The notes under the pieces: generated by a model
Told to the model about the DNA's origin: nothing
Database searches by the model: none
What the model saw: only the letters and a program-made list of their open reading frames with translations
NCBI GenBank assembly: GCA_000934665.2
Contig: KZ538548.1
Span: forward strand, 1-62,851
Direction of reading: 5' to 3'
Length of the DNA: 62,851 bases
Source of the DNA: Catajapyx aquilonaris
Taxonomy: Eukaryota
Shown here: piece by piece, positions 42,524 to 54,376 of the stretch
Layout of the letters: every line of letters starts with the position of its first letter
Numbering within the stretch: the first letter of the stretch is position 1
Translations under genes and position numbers: made by a program

Positions 42524-42660
42524 CTAGTAAGGGTGAAAGTCGCATGCATGCCGTGCACTAAACCCCCCTGACTCAGTGCCGGACATGCATGCGACTTTCA
42601 CCCTTATACTCTTAACCATTTACCTTCTCTAGAGAGGGTAAATGGTTAAGAGTGTATTAG
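42524..42660. mobile_element. MITE family B, copy 2 (interrupted by mini family A)
   Basis: Same TIRs as 39532-39628. Confidence 0.85.
42607..42654. mobile_element. MITE family A, 48-bp mini copy nested in the right TIR of family B
   Basis: ta|tactcttaaccatttaccttctctagagagggtaaatggttaagagtg|ta interrupts ccctta-ctag of family B. Confidence 0.88.
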
Positions 42661-42712
42661 TTTTGACGTTTAGGTGTTTATCCTTATCATTCAGCCTTCT
42701 GGTGAGTGTTGG

Positions 42713-42816
42713 TCACCATTTGCCAAAAAAACTGATCCAATCAGGAATCTTCTGAAATTCTTCATGTGATGCCTTGCATGTTGTTGTGCAAGTTGTTGAA
42801 CAGTATCTTGATTCAG
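42713..42816 (-). CDS. Candidate nested gene, exon 3
   Basis: A 72-nt intron (gtgagt...ctaacatgtag) removes an in-frame TAA; continues (P)ESRYCSTTCTTTCKASHEEFQKIPDWISFFGKW*. The acceptor is weak. Confidence 0.35.
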
Positions 42817-42888
42817 CTACATGTTAGATAATATTCGGGTGTGAATCAGCAGAGATTTCTGGGTTAGGGTTTTTAGTAAGAAACTCAC

Positions 42889-43059
42889 GAGAAGTTTGAG
42901 TGGTGATGTTAGGAACTTCCGAACAGTCGCACTCGACGCATTTCTTAAGGTACCCGTCGTTCTGTCTGGAGCACGAACATCTGGTGCATTTCAATGAGAC
43001 CAAGTTCATGCAATATTCGGATTTGTGGCAGTTCGCTGCCGTTGCAACTTGAAGTGAAC
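42889..43059 (-). CDS. Candidate nested gene, exon 2 (8-Cys module, TNFR/Grindelwald-like spacing)
   Basis: Acceptor tttttag|, donor |gtgagt, 171 nt, phase 1-1. (G)SLQVATAANCHKSEYCMNLVSLKCTRCSCSRQNDGYLKKCVECDCSEVPNITTQTS. Confidence 0.5.
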
Positions 43060-43348
43060 CTAAAAATTGACACCAAAATTGACGTTGACGTTTTAGCTGG
43101 GTCGTTTATCGTCAGAGAGTCGCAGCTGAGAATAAACTAGATTTATGATTGCTTTTTTTTGTCACAAACCAGGTGGCAAAGTGTCGCCTATAAATTGTGG
43201 AGCCATATTAAATTTTGATCCACACTTGTTCTAAAAACCTCTTAAGGGTATTGCAATTAATAATTAATAAAATAACAGTCGCAAACTATACAGCAGATAT
43301 TTTCTGCACAACTGTTTCGACATGTAGGGTCATCAGTCAAGTACTCAC

Positions 43349-43460
43349 CTGTAGGACATATACCGTTGGTGTAACTTGTGACAGGTACAGTCACAATGCC
43401 AGAGTCGGCCACTGTCGCAATTAGAGTCGCAGTCAAGCACAGGAACATACACGCTTCCAT
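43349..43460 (-). CDS. Candidate nested gene, exon 1 (signal peptide)
   Basis: ATG at 43460; MEACMFLCLTATLIATVADSGIVTVPVTSYTNGICPT has a hydrophobic N-terminus; strong donor CAG|GTGAGT, phase 1. Confidence 0.5.
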
Positions 43461-45042
43461 TCTGTCCTTCTTAAAAACCAATTTCAGTGAGATTAGCTTT
43501 TAAATTTAAAAACGTGGTGTTGCACCGTACTTACTTTCTGATGTGGTCTGGCAGCTTATTCTCACGAGGGATGGAAGAACTCTGGCCAGTTCATTCAAAT
43601 ATGTGCATATATACCTTGGTTAAGATGTACACAACATGTGTGCATCTCCTTGATAAGTGGCAGCTGGGATTTGACATGCAAATGATATGGCCAGCGTGCA
43701 ATTTACCAACGCAATATTGAAGCTTTCTCATGCAAACTGGACCACAAAATGACGTAGTACTGGATAGTAATGACCTTATAGTGCAGCGTACGTGCATGAT
43801 ACATAGCATGTAAGTAAACAACCTTTTGCGTCATTTTAAGGTCAACATCTATGACGTCAAGGCCTTATGCTGAAACGCAACTGTTTTCCAGTCACGTGTA
43901 GTCATCTCTCATACTTTGGGAAAGAATTTTCTCATTACATCCTGGAAATTGCGAACGCTCGACCAGCAATTTTTACAGGCGCTACAAGCATTTGTGTCAA
44001 CTTCACACTGAAGCAGTACTTGATATTTCAAAGGAAAAATTTACATTTAGTGAATATGCGAACAATTTACTGTACAGTACATTGACAGCCATAACCACCG
44101 GTATGGCCTATAAACAACGCATATTCCCTCATAACAGATGTTGGGCCAGCTATTAAAACAAATTGGACCAAAATTACTGGGATTAATATATACAATAATG
44201 ATAACCTCATTATTAATATTAATAACGCACACAAAGCCCCCCCCCCCCGTTTAATTCTGGCAAATTAACCGCTTTTATAACCGCCAGTTTAAACGGATTT
44301 GCACAATTATCCTAGATAACAAGACGCAACTACCTTGGAGTAATGGTCCAGGGGAAGTAATAACACTAATAATGAAAACAAGGGGTACCCAGAGTAGAAT
44401 ACCGAATACCATGTCCCATTGGTTAAAAGCAGAATGAACCTCTAGTATTTTTTTCCCAGCCAAATGGCGTCGCGGGCGCCAAAGTTTTGAGGCCAAATGT
44501 CTTCATTAAAAGGGCAATGAATTTTAATCAGGATGCAAATCGACTCGGCGGCAATTAACATTCCAGGTGAGACCCTAGGAAGATTTGAACAATGGAGGCT
44601 CCCTGGGCGATCATTTTGGGACCTCCCCCGCCCCTTCTCGAAAACTTGTGCCCCCTCTTTCAATCTATGTACTGTAACTGTACTAAATACATACGTGAAC
44701 ATTACACAAAAGAGGAAGAGAAAGTTTGTCACGCTTCATTCAATTTGAACAAGTTGAGGCTAGGAATCTAATCCTTTTCCCCCTTAATTACTCCCAGTAG
44801 GGCCATCATATTGAGTTCCGGATCATTAGGGAATGTATAAGTGCGGAAGTGATATTAAGGGGAGGTTTCTAGGGAAAAAAAAGAGTTTTTTTTCCAAGAG
44901 CTGAAGTTGGATGTGAATGATTTTAGAAGGGAGTTGTTGAACCAAAGATGCTCTGCCTTACAGTATTATTCTTCAGGGAACGATGAATCAATGTTGTTGG
45001 CATGGTGAAGATTTTCATTGCTTTTTGAAAATATTATTTTAA

Positions 45043-45539
45043 AGGGACACTTCACTCAAAATGCAAGTTGGGCTCTAAAAATCGGGCAAAAAATCCTGAT
45101 TCCGAAGGTGCAATCGGTTTTTTTCTACGCGGAACAGAAAAGCCAGGACGAGGCGTTAAAGACTCAGAATTTGCGTCGTCTGCTAATGAGCTGCCCCGCC
45201 AGCCCAGTCCGCCACCACCGTGAGCGCCACCACCGGGCACTAGGCGAAAGTGATTTAGGGCTGAAAGTCGGGTCGGGTCAAGAGGTGGCGGGATGAACCT
45301 GTGGGACGGACCAAAGATGGCGCTGACCATGGCGTGGATCAAGATGGCGCAAGATTATCCCAATTTCTGCCCAGTCCCGGGGGAGGCGCTGCTGTTTTGC
45401 GGCAGATGCGAATTGCCTAACTTTGACGGCTCGCCCTGGCCTTACCATTCGTCTCTCAGAAAAACTGCTTATAGACTCGGAATCAGGATTTTTTGCCCGA
45501 TTTTTAGAGCCCAACTTGCATTTTGAGTGGAGTGTCTCT
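45043..45539. mobile_element. Kolobok-like MITE (TTAA TSD, AGG termini)
   Basis: ttaa|agggacacttcactcaaaatgcaagttg … caacttgcattttgagtggagtgtctct|ttaa; ~65-bp near-perfect TIR. Confidence 0.88.
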
Positions 45540-45612
45540 TTAAAGGCATAATATACTGGTTTTAATTATTTAGAAACTTACCCTGAAAGAACACTGTACA
45601 ATGGACATTAAA

Positions 45613-45839
45613 CTGCTAGCGACATTTTCCGAGGCGGCAGACGTGCAAATTGAAGTGCGAGCCGTACGAGTAAGAAATTGTAGTCATTGGGTGACGTCAC
45701 TGGTTGGGGGACAAGCCGTTTCTCCATTGCCCCCCAGCCGGTGACGTCACTCAAGGCCTACCTCTTCTTACTAGCACGGTTATCACTTCAATTTGCACTT
45801 CTGCCTCATCAGAAATGACGCGAATAGTGTCCAACACTG
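45613..45839. mobile_element. Imperfect-palindrome element family D, copy 1
   Basis: Inverted copy of 47591-48355 once the family C insert is removed; two TGACGTCA sites. Confidence 0.8.
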
Positions 45840-47590
45840 TACATTTTAAAGCAATACGCGTACGTATATGTGTGCAAGGTAGCACTGGATAATTTCATAG
45901 TACAAACAACCTTCACGTGTGCGGAGTGTAACCTTGACCTCATAGAGCTATACTATTTTCATACCAATATCTCAATCTCTGGAGACATAATAACGATGTC
46001 TGCGAGTATAAAGGTCAGTAGTAACAAATCGTTCTGTAATACCNNNNNNNNNNNNCCCCCCCCCCCCCAGTGATTTTTTTTTTATTTCCCCTGTTCTGAC
46101 CTAGGATATAAAACTTCATCAAATTGTTTGGATTCGGACACGTGATTACACGCAAGCATCGCAATTTCCGGTCTGGCCACCATGCATTTTTCACTGCTAT
46201 GTCGCAATACCCAGCACGCCATTGTTTATAGACTTCATCGGGGACTGCACGGCAATAATGTGTTGACCCATGTATAACTGCAGTGCGTCCTGATACACTA
46301 AAATGCATAAAAATATTCACTAGGTGCCCCAAGCGGGAGTGGGTGGGCCGATGGTGTCGCTAGGTTGGTGGAGGATCCGCGCGGTTCGGCGAACGGGAAA
46401 TGTGCATGATCTTATATTGGCCATAGCTCGAAAACGGAGGGGAAATTTGAAATTTTGAGGATTTTTCGCTTTGCAATTGTCGATGAGATCTTTCCAACGA
46501 GCCATCTCCCGACCCTCTACGAAGTGATTTTCTATCATATATCCTACACATCCCCCTCCACTGTTAGGGGGTTTATATGTACTGGATTCCTACACTAAGG
46601 CCTACATAAAATTAGTTTCAATGGTGCATAATTTTCTGGTTTATATGAATATAATATATGCTTTTTATGCACTTTAAATTTTGAGCAAAATTCACTACCC
46701 TTATCGTCATCCAGGCCATTTCCCACGTGATTGACACATATTTTAAAATCTTTCCTCCCAATCGAAATATCTGTCACCCCATGGCACCAGTATGTATGGG
46801 CCAGATTTATCCAAAGGGGGCATCAGGTGAAGGGGATAAAGAGACTCTACGAAGTTCAATATGGAAGGTGATCCCCTGTATGATGGCGTGAGAAGGAAGC
46901 GCACTTTGTCACGACATGTTTCGTTGGCAAATCGCTGCCGACAAGGTCGTTTTGGGGAAAAAGAAGACCCCTCCCTTGAAGGCTTTAAAAAAACACTGGA
47001 GTAATCGGGGAGTGCCAAGAACAGAAGACTCCAAGCCTTCCCATTTTACGACCAGCTATTTTCTTCCTAGGACTAGACCTGGTTTTATTTCCAGCTCAGT
47101 TGCTGAATTAATGAGAGAAATGCGTAATCTTCTCGCTTAGTGTCCTCTCCGCCACGCATTCAATTACTTGAATTAAGGCAGGAGCGTGCCGGAGCCATTA
47201 CCAGGCTTTATTAGCACCAAGGTGGGTTAAATATTTCCTATGACCTCCCCTGGTAATAACGATGATAACGGTCGGCTTAAGTCGGTATTAATTTGAGCAA
47301 GAATAGGTAGACCCCCCAATTTTTTTCGTGACACGTTTTCATGTTCGTGTGCAACCCACCCTGAAAATTATCCTATCGTGTCAAAAATGCTGGAGCTGAC
47401 AACTTCCTATACCCTCTTAGAAATGGCCCCCTAAATGGGTGTGGAAAGTTTGCCAAAAAAGAGAGAAAAACACAGGGTATGCCAACATAAAATTTTTGCA
47501 TAGATCCGGTTGCAATTCTAGGAAACATTCCGGTTGGAAAATAGCCAGAAAAGTTTGTTATATTGCTGATGTTTGTCCGAACTGGTAGTA

Positions 47591-48355
47591 CAGTGTTGGA
47601 CACGACAATTTCTGATGCGGCAGAAGTACAAATCAAAGCTGTGAGCCGTGCGAGTAAGAAGAGGTAGGCCTTGAGTGACGTCACGGGCTGGGGGGCAATG
47701 AAGGAAAGGTTTGTCCCCAGCCAGTGACGTCACCCAAGGGTAGGGCTGTGCGATATTTCGATACATCTACTGTCGATATGATATTTTCCTAATATCGAAG
47801 TAGCGATGTCCGACCCTTGGCATGTTCGATGTCGGCCTATCGAATATCGCGATTTTTCGATGTCGGTTCGATGTCGGTTTTCGATAATTTTTCGATGTCG
47901 GTTCGATGTCGGTTTTCGATAATTTTTCGATATCGGTTCGATGTCGGTTTTAGGTTTTTTCGATGTCGGTTTTCGATATTTTTCACTATTTTTCGATGTC
48001 GGTTTTTCGATTTTCGATAATTTTTCGATATCGGTTCTATGTCGGTTTTAGGTTTTTTCGATGTCGGTTTTCGATATTTTTCGATGTCGGTTTTTGTCGA
48101 TTTTCGATATATTGACTTCGATTCGATATTTTCGATGTCGGTTTTCCGATTTTCGATATATCGACTTCGATTCGATATTTTCGATGTCGGTTTTTCGATT
48201 TTCGATATATCGACTTCGATTCGATATTTTTAAGTATCGAAAGTCGATATGTAATTTCGGATATCGCACAGCCCTACCAAGGGCTACCATTTCTTACTCG
48301 CACGGCTCACAGCTTCGATTTGCACGTCTGCCGTACTAGAAAATGTCGCTAGCAG
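47591..48355. mobile_element. Family D, copy 2 (host of family C), TA-flanked
   Basis: ta|cagtgttggacac…gtcgctagcag|ta; the two halves rejoin collinearly with copy 1. Confidence 0.8.
47741..48276. mobile_element. hAT-like family C, copy 2, nested in family D
   Basis: ccaaggg|tagggctgtgcgatat…atatcgcacagcccta|ccaaggg (7-bp visible TSD). Confidence 0.9.
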
Positions 48356-49179
48356 TATGACCACCCTGTGTCACCTTCATGTCCTTGGAAACCCTCAAAT
48401 TTCCGCCAAATGTCGTGCAAATTCCTAAGGGTTGTGACATGACGATGGAAACAAAACGCTACAAAATGCAAGTCGGCGACTGGCGAATTAAAGCGGAAGG
48501 GTTACGACATGCAAACGTGATTAATTAGCGTCTGGGGAAAAAAAAGAGCAAAAAGCGAAGGAAGATAGGTCACACTGGCAGATTTTTACTTCTTGTTGTT
48601 GTTGAATCTCCGCTTTCGAAAATAGCTACTTTGCATTTTTAATGTAGAGAATCCTGGAGGCTGGGTTAATTTCTGAAAATTGGACAGCTCTGAGAGGTGA
48701 AGGCGGTAGCTAATTGGATTAAAAACTGTGGAGAGTTTACCTTAAGATAGTTTTTTTTTGGCCAGTGGAAGTAAAATAAGCTGAAGTATTTCAGAATATT
48801 TAGACCACGGCTTTGAATTGTTTATAAATACAGTGTGGGTCAACATGATACTTTTAGTTACTTTTAGTAGTTAAAAATAGCTGCTGCGCCCAAATTGTAT
48901 GTGAGATGACCAAATATGGCTTTCAAATGTCTCTAAGCAAAGTGTCAGCAGACATTGGCGCAGATTATGAATTAATGACACTATGTCATTTACTCCGCAA
49001 ACACTGCTAGGTCGCCATTAAATCCTATCAACCGACGCTAAGTCAGCAACTGTGTATGTCAAGTTGGAACTGGCGTGTTTACTCGAGTAATTGCGATAAG
49101 TGAAATGTATGCAATTACTGCACGCAGACAATGCGTTACATATTTCATGCGAAGAAAAGGGGCTTACAATACAAGGTCA

Positions 49180-49241
49180 TGTGATCGTGTGATCGTGTGA
49201 TCGTGTGATCGTGTGATCGTGTGATCGTGTGATCGTGTGAT
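49180..49241. repeat. 8-bp repeat (tgtgatcg)n
   Basis: Direct observation. Confidence 0.95.
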
Positions 49242-51197
49242 ATTAAATATATCGATATTTTTATTTATTTTAAAAAATGGTGGATAATCTATTTTGGTGT
49301 TAGATTTAGGGTTAGATGAAGGTATAGATATAACTATGTTACCTCAAATAATAAACTCACTATATGTATAGAGAAGGCCAAAAAAGCTTTCTAAATATTT
49401 CAAGCTTACAGCAACTATTTTTCTTTGCAAAAAGACGGTTCATTAATTTAGGGTGTCAAAAAAGGAAAGGTAAGGCCTGGTCCTAATGAAAAGAGGGCTA
49501 GGTTTGTATTGTTTCGTAGAGGTGCCCAAATTGATCCTGGAGGCACCTCCTCTCACTTCCGACCTTTCCCACTGGTTGAACCACACAGCCTAATGAAACA
49601 AAAGCATCTTTCTCTGGCTGCATTATTAATCAAAGGAGGTAGGGAAAAGCCACATTCCCATTTTNNNNNNNNNNNNNNCCCCCCCCCCCCCCCAAAAAAA
49701 AAGAGTCACTGCCAAGCCGCCATTTTTTGGCCTCGCCCAAACTGTGATTGCGTCTTATCCTATATAGGGAAAGTTGCAAAAATTAAAGTTTTACGAAGTT
49801 AACAGTCTGCCCAAGTTGACGGTCTAGAGGAGGGGAATAGGGAAGAGTTGATGGATTAGTCACTCCTGGTTCGATTAACACATCAACTTTGTCCCTCATT
49901 AAATAAGAAGGCACATTATTAATAGGCATTCTCTAGAGAAGGTAAGTGAGCATATAAATGTACACAGTCATCAAGTATGGATGATGTTAATTACGGTGTA
50001 TGAATTGGTGGGAATGACCATTCACGCATAATTGCCCAATTTGATTGCTATGTGTGCGTTGGTAATGACTAATTAGACATATTCCATCCCGTAATTTTGC
50101 AATAACTGCTTTCCAATAATTACACCATTGCAACAATACCGATCCCACCGATTTTTTTATTTCGCCACATATAATCAGATTGGTCCATTCCAACAACATC
50201 GACTCAACGACTATCGTGTGAACCCACCAAAATTAATTTCCACCCCCCATTTTTGAACAATGCGAATCCGCCCCCTCAACCAATCCGGAATATGAAATTG
50301 AAATAAATCTCACCAAACTTCGCCATCTCGAATAATAAGGCAACTAAGGCGGAAATTTGTGGAGTCTGTCTGTCCATCCAGACATGTCTTTAATCACAGA
50401 AGAAATATCACCCCCCCCCCCCCCAACCAGTTAGAAGGTAGGAATTAGATGAGAAAAATATTTTTCCGGGATACATTTGGCCGAATTTCATTTGGTCGAA
50501 CCTTTTTTTATTTTTGACGCTAGTGTGGATTTTGACGAGGGTATGGTATCGATCGGGATTCGATTCGCCTAATTGCAATCTCCCCTTGGTTTCTATACCC
50601 TGGTTGGGCACACAAAAGAACGGAGCAAATGGAAAAAGCTGGAGCGCTCGAGAGCTGCCGATGCAAAGGGGTTGGGCTTATCCGATTTCTCGGCACATTT
50701 TGCTGAAAATTAAGGCACGCGATTTTATGTGCCGATTTTCACACACATGAGAGCGTGCCCGTTGGGGGGGGGGAGATATGTCAAAAGCATGTAAATTTTT
50801 TGTGCATAGGTTACGTTTTTTTGGTGTGTCTGTAGTTGCATATATTTATTTATATTTCATACCCCAGCACATATGGTTGCAGGGTCGTAGCACTTAGTAT
50901 AAATATTTAATGACAGTTCTGCTGGTTATATCCTTAGCCCTTAAAAGCATAGGTAAGAGTGCTTTAGTGCGCAAACAGAGTTTGAGCTCATTGACAGCGT
51001 AATTAAAAAGGAAGCACCACTCAGTGCAACAGTGTAGAGTAATGATATAGTTAATGCTATGTTATGTACACAGCTGCATTACAGGTTGGGTTTGTAAAGA
51101 GCGCTGTTATAAATTAATATCACCGGTAAGCACAGTTATGAAACCTACAACTTTGCACTATGATGATTACGTGACCGTGACGGACCGTGACATTTAA

Positions 51198-51667
51198 AGG
51201 GACAAGCCACTCAAAATACAAGTTGATCTGTAAAAATCAGGCAAAAAATCCTGATTCCGGTGATACCATCCGTTTATCTCTGAGACGAACGGTAATGTCA
51301 GAGGAAGGGACGAAAGTCGGAAAAAATTCGAGGTCTGTTCGAGAGTGGCGCCGCCTGGCCACCTGGCCAAGTTAGGCGACGTTGGATAGAGCTCCGCCCT
51401 TCCCAACGGGCACTAGGGGAAGTTGGCTTCGGACACAACCAGATCCCCACGGATCCCCATACCCGCAGGCAACTTATCCAAGTCGCCGTTGGGAAGGGCC
51501 AGGTGGCCAGGCGGCGCCACTCTCGAACAGACCTCGAATTTTTTCCGACTTTCGTCCCTTCCTCTGACATTACCGTTCGTCTCAGAGATAAACGGATGGT
51601 ATCACCGGAATCAGGATTTTTTGCCTGATTTTTACAGATCAACTTGTATTTTGAGTGGAGTGTCCCT
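51198..51667. mobile_element. Kolobok-like MITE, related subfamily, ~165-bp TIR
   Basis: ttaa|agggacaagccactcaaaatacaagttg … gagtgtccct|ttttaa; long near-perfect palindrome with termini similar to 45043-45539. Confidence 0.9.
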
Positions 51668-52539
51668 TTTTAAAAAATCTAAACCGCTTATCCTCGTCCA
51701 AATCGCAGCTTTTTTGGAAGCCTTAAGGCGAATACTCGTAACTTTTCTGAACCGGTGATTTCCCTGGGACATTAAAGTGGCAATTTGGCCTCCGATGGAA
51801 GGTGAGTTAGAAAAGGGATGGGGAGGGTTAAGAGCGACACTTCCTCCGCCCTCCGCCCCCTATTTTCTTTAAGCGCTTCTATTTTTCTTAAGATTCAATC
51901 ATGGCTTTTTTTTAAAGCGATATATGTTTTTAAGAGCTTCGATGTAACAAAGCTCCAATCTAATCCATATAGCAAAGGAGGGGGAGTGGCAGCAAACTCT
52001 ATTTTCGAACAGGGTGAGTGGGGGAAGGGGGCAAAAACTTCCGATTCCCAAGTCGCCATATTTCAAGCGGGTTGCCTTATCGCTTCTGCTGTTTCCCAGC
52101 GAATTTCCAGAGGGCCGGGGTCTCCCTTGCCAAATTTAAGCGGGCGTTAATGCAGCCCAGACCCATGATTTATTAGAGGGCGACCTAGTAAAGTTAGGGC
52201 CACTGTTATTTTTTTTTTAAAGGTTCAAAAGCATCGATTGGTTTAGGTCATCTTCAGCTACTAATTTGCTTGAGTCAGCTTGCTGGAAAATCGCAAGGTA
52301 AGCTGATCAATAGGATTTGTACCATACAATTACGTAACTGTGGAGACCAATGTGTCGATTTTTTTTATCATGGCTGGTTCATTGACGTGCTGTTATCATG
52401 CACGCAGCTTATTCAGCACATTTGGACGATTTTTTTTGATATTAATCGCTGGAAAAGTCACAACGAGCCAACTAATATTTTGCTAATTAGCCCACCCCCA
52501 AAAAGTGGAGTGGTGGTAATAAATAATATCCCAATTCGA

Positions 52540-52878
52540 CTAGTGCATACGGCCATTCGCGGCCATTTTTCAATAACCAGCGACCCGCGGCGAAGGGGGG
52601 GACAGGTAGGGTGGGTGGGGAAGGTGAAAAGGTCGGGCAGGGGACGATGACGGCGGGAGAGACGGAAAAGAGCGACCTTCTCCCAAGGAGGTCAGCAGGC
52701 AACTGGACGTGTTCCACCCCCACTGCGCATGCTCGGAACGGGGGCCAATCGGAGGCGTCTTGAATACGTCGCAGTAACAATGGACGGGGGCCAATAGGAA
52801 GAGGTGGCGGCAACAATAAGGGGGCGGACCAATCAGAGGGCTCGGTCAAGCAACGCAATGATTTTAAAACTATATATA
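52540..52878 (-). mobile_element. Helitron H1-related subfamily with a different 3' half
   Basis: Minus-strand 5' part matches H1 (aaaatc…cgagccctctgattggtccgcc); ends with hairpin atggccgcgaatggccgt then CTAG|T. Confidence 0.8.
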
Positions 52879-54044
52879 ATTATAAATCGTAACAATGGAG
52901 TTAGGAGGACACCAATGGGTAGTTAACAGCTGAAATAAATATGGTTACACCTTGGACAGTCTGGTAAAAATGGCTGTCACTACGTTTTAATGTCACATTA
53001 GAGTTGGGCAAGTAAAAATAACCATTGGACAATTTGGTTTGCGACTCATTGTATCGACCTTCTTTTTTTATTGAAGGGACTAGGAGGCGATATCGTGAGA
53101 ATGACGTAACCATGGCCTCAAAGATGGAGGCGTAATTGGTCGGGGTTCCGCCAACTTGGCGCCCTTTTGTCAATGTCAGGTGGATGTCGTATCTGGAAAT
53201 AGCTTCATTCGGTTTTGCTTCTTTTCTTCTGATTTTTTTGTTGTTGGGAGCCTCCCTCCTTTGGGGCTTTTGGGACTCCACGGTTGATGACTGGCGGCCT
53301 GAAGTTATGGCCTCTTCTTGAAAAGATGGCTTTCACCATAATGTCTTTAGTTCTTGCTCCTCTTTCGGTCAGGAGATGAATCTTATCGGAGTGTGACTGG
53401 TTGGATCACAATGGTGGGCATTTTATTTGGCATATATTGTACTGGAAGTGTGTAGACAGTTTTTGACCCTTGAGGTCATTGACCTGCAGCTAATAACACT
53501 GCTGCTTAACAGTAGTTGCTATATTATATGAGGGGAAAAGCGACCAATCAAAAATGTATCGATTAATCGATAGCAAATTCGATACAATGAAATATTTCAA
53601 GTTTGAGATACCGAAATATCAGACCTAGCTTTAAGTATCGATTTCCAGTAAAAATTATTGTCAAGCCGGGACTAGGCTGGTTTTAGGAGAGATAATCGAT
53701 TTTAGTAACTTCCTTTATTTTTGCACATTTTAAAAGCAAAAGGTAGGTCAAGAAAATCTTCATTAACCCAATGTTACGGTACACCTTGTGCAGTTGAATC
53801 ATTGAAACTCCATTCCCCCTCGGGAGCTTTTTGGCCCCATATATTTTTAGGTTAGCGTCCATTTTTAATCCAGGATCGTTAATCTGCACTTTTCGCTTGT
53901 AATTTAATCATGTTACAGTCCTAACAAGCCGTGTTGTTGGTTACACCCTGGTTTTACTTTGTTAGTTTCCTAACTCAAAAAACTGTAATGGAAAACATTT
54001 GAGTAAAAATTGACTCAAATTGGATTCATTTTCACTCAAAAATA

Positions 54045-54376
54045 TCATTATATAAATAAAGCCGTTTGTGAGTCGGTCTGTCTGTCTCGCTATCTGCCTC
54101 TCTGTCTGTCCTGTCCGCCTGCCAACCGTCATTTGCGTGCCATCTGTGCTCCACCCCCAGGCCGGGAGAGGATGGAGGTGTTGGGGGTTGACTACAGATG
54201 GCAGGCAAATGACGGTTGCCGTTATACAGGCTGGAGAGGTTGAAGGTGTTGGAGTAGCAGGTCCACAGATGGCATTGGTGGCCGGACACACAGAAAGACA
54301 GACAGTTGACGGGGGTACTGGCAGGTGTTTTCCCTTCATTCATTTCTTCCCGGGCAACGCCGGGTGCCGCAGCTAG
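54045..54376 (+). mobile_element. Non-autonomous Helitron family H2
   Basis: A|TCattatata, (GTCT)n, internal inverted repeat, 3' hairpin cccgggcaacgccggg, CTAG|T. Confidence 0.9.

Noticed and set aside
43305..43340. Minus-strand CTGATGA…GTCGAAAC, Penelope-type minimal hammerhead
   Set aside because: Stem II register is wrong and there is no NUH; it is better explained by the Cys-rich ORF, although a decayed Penelope end cannot be excluded.
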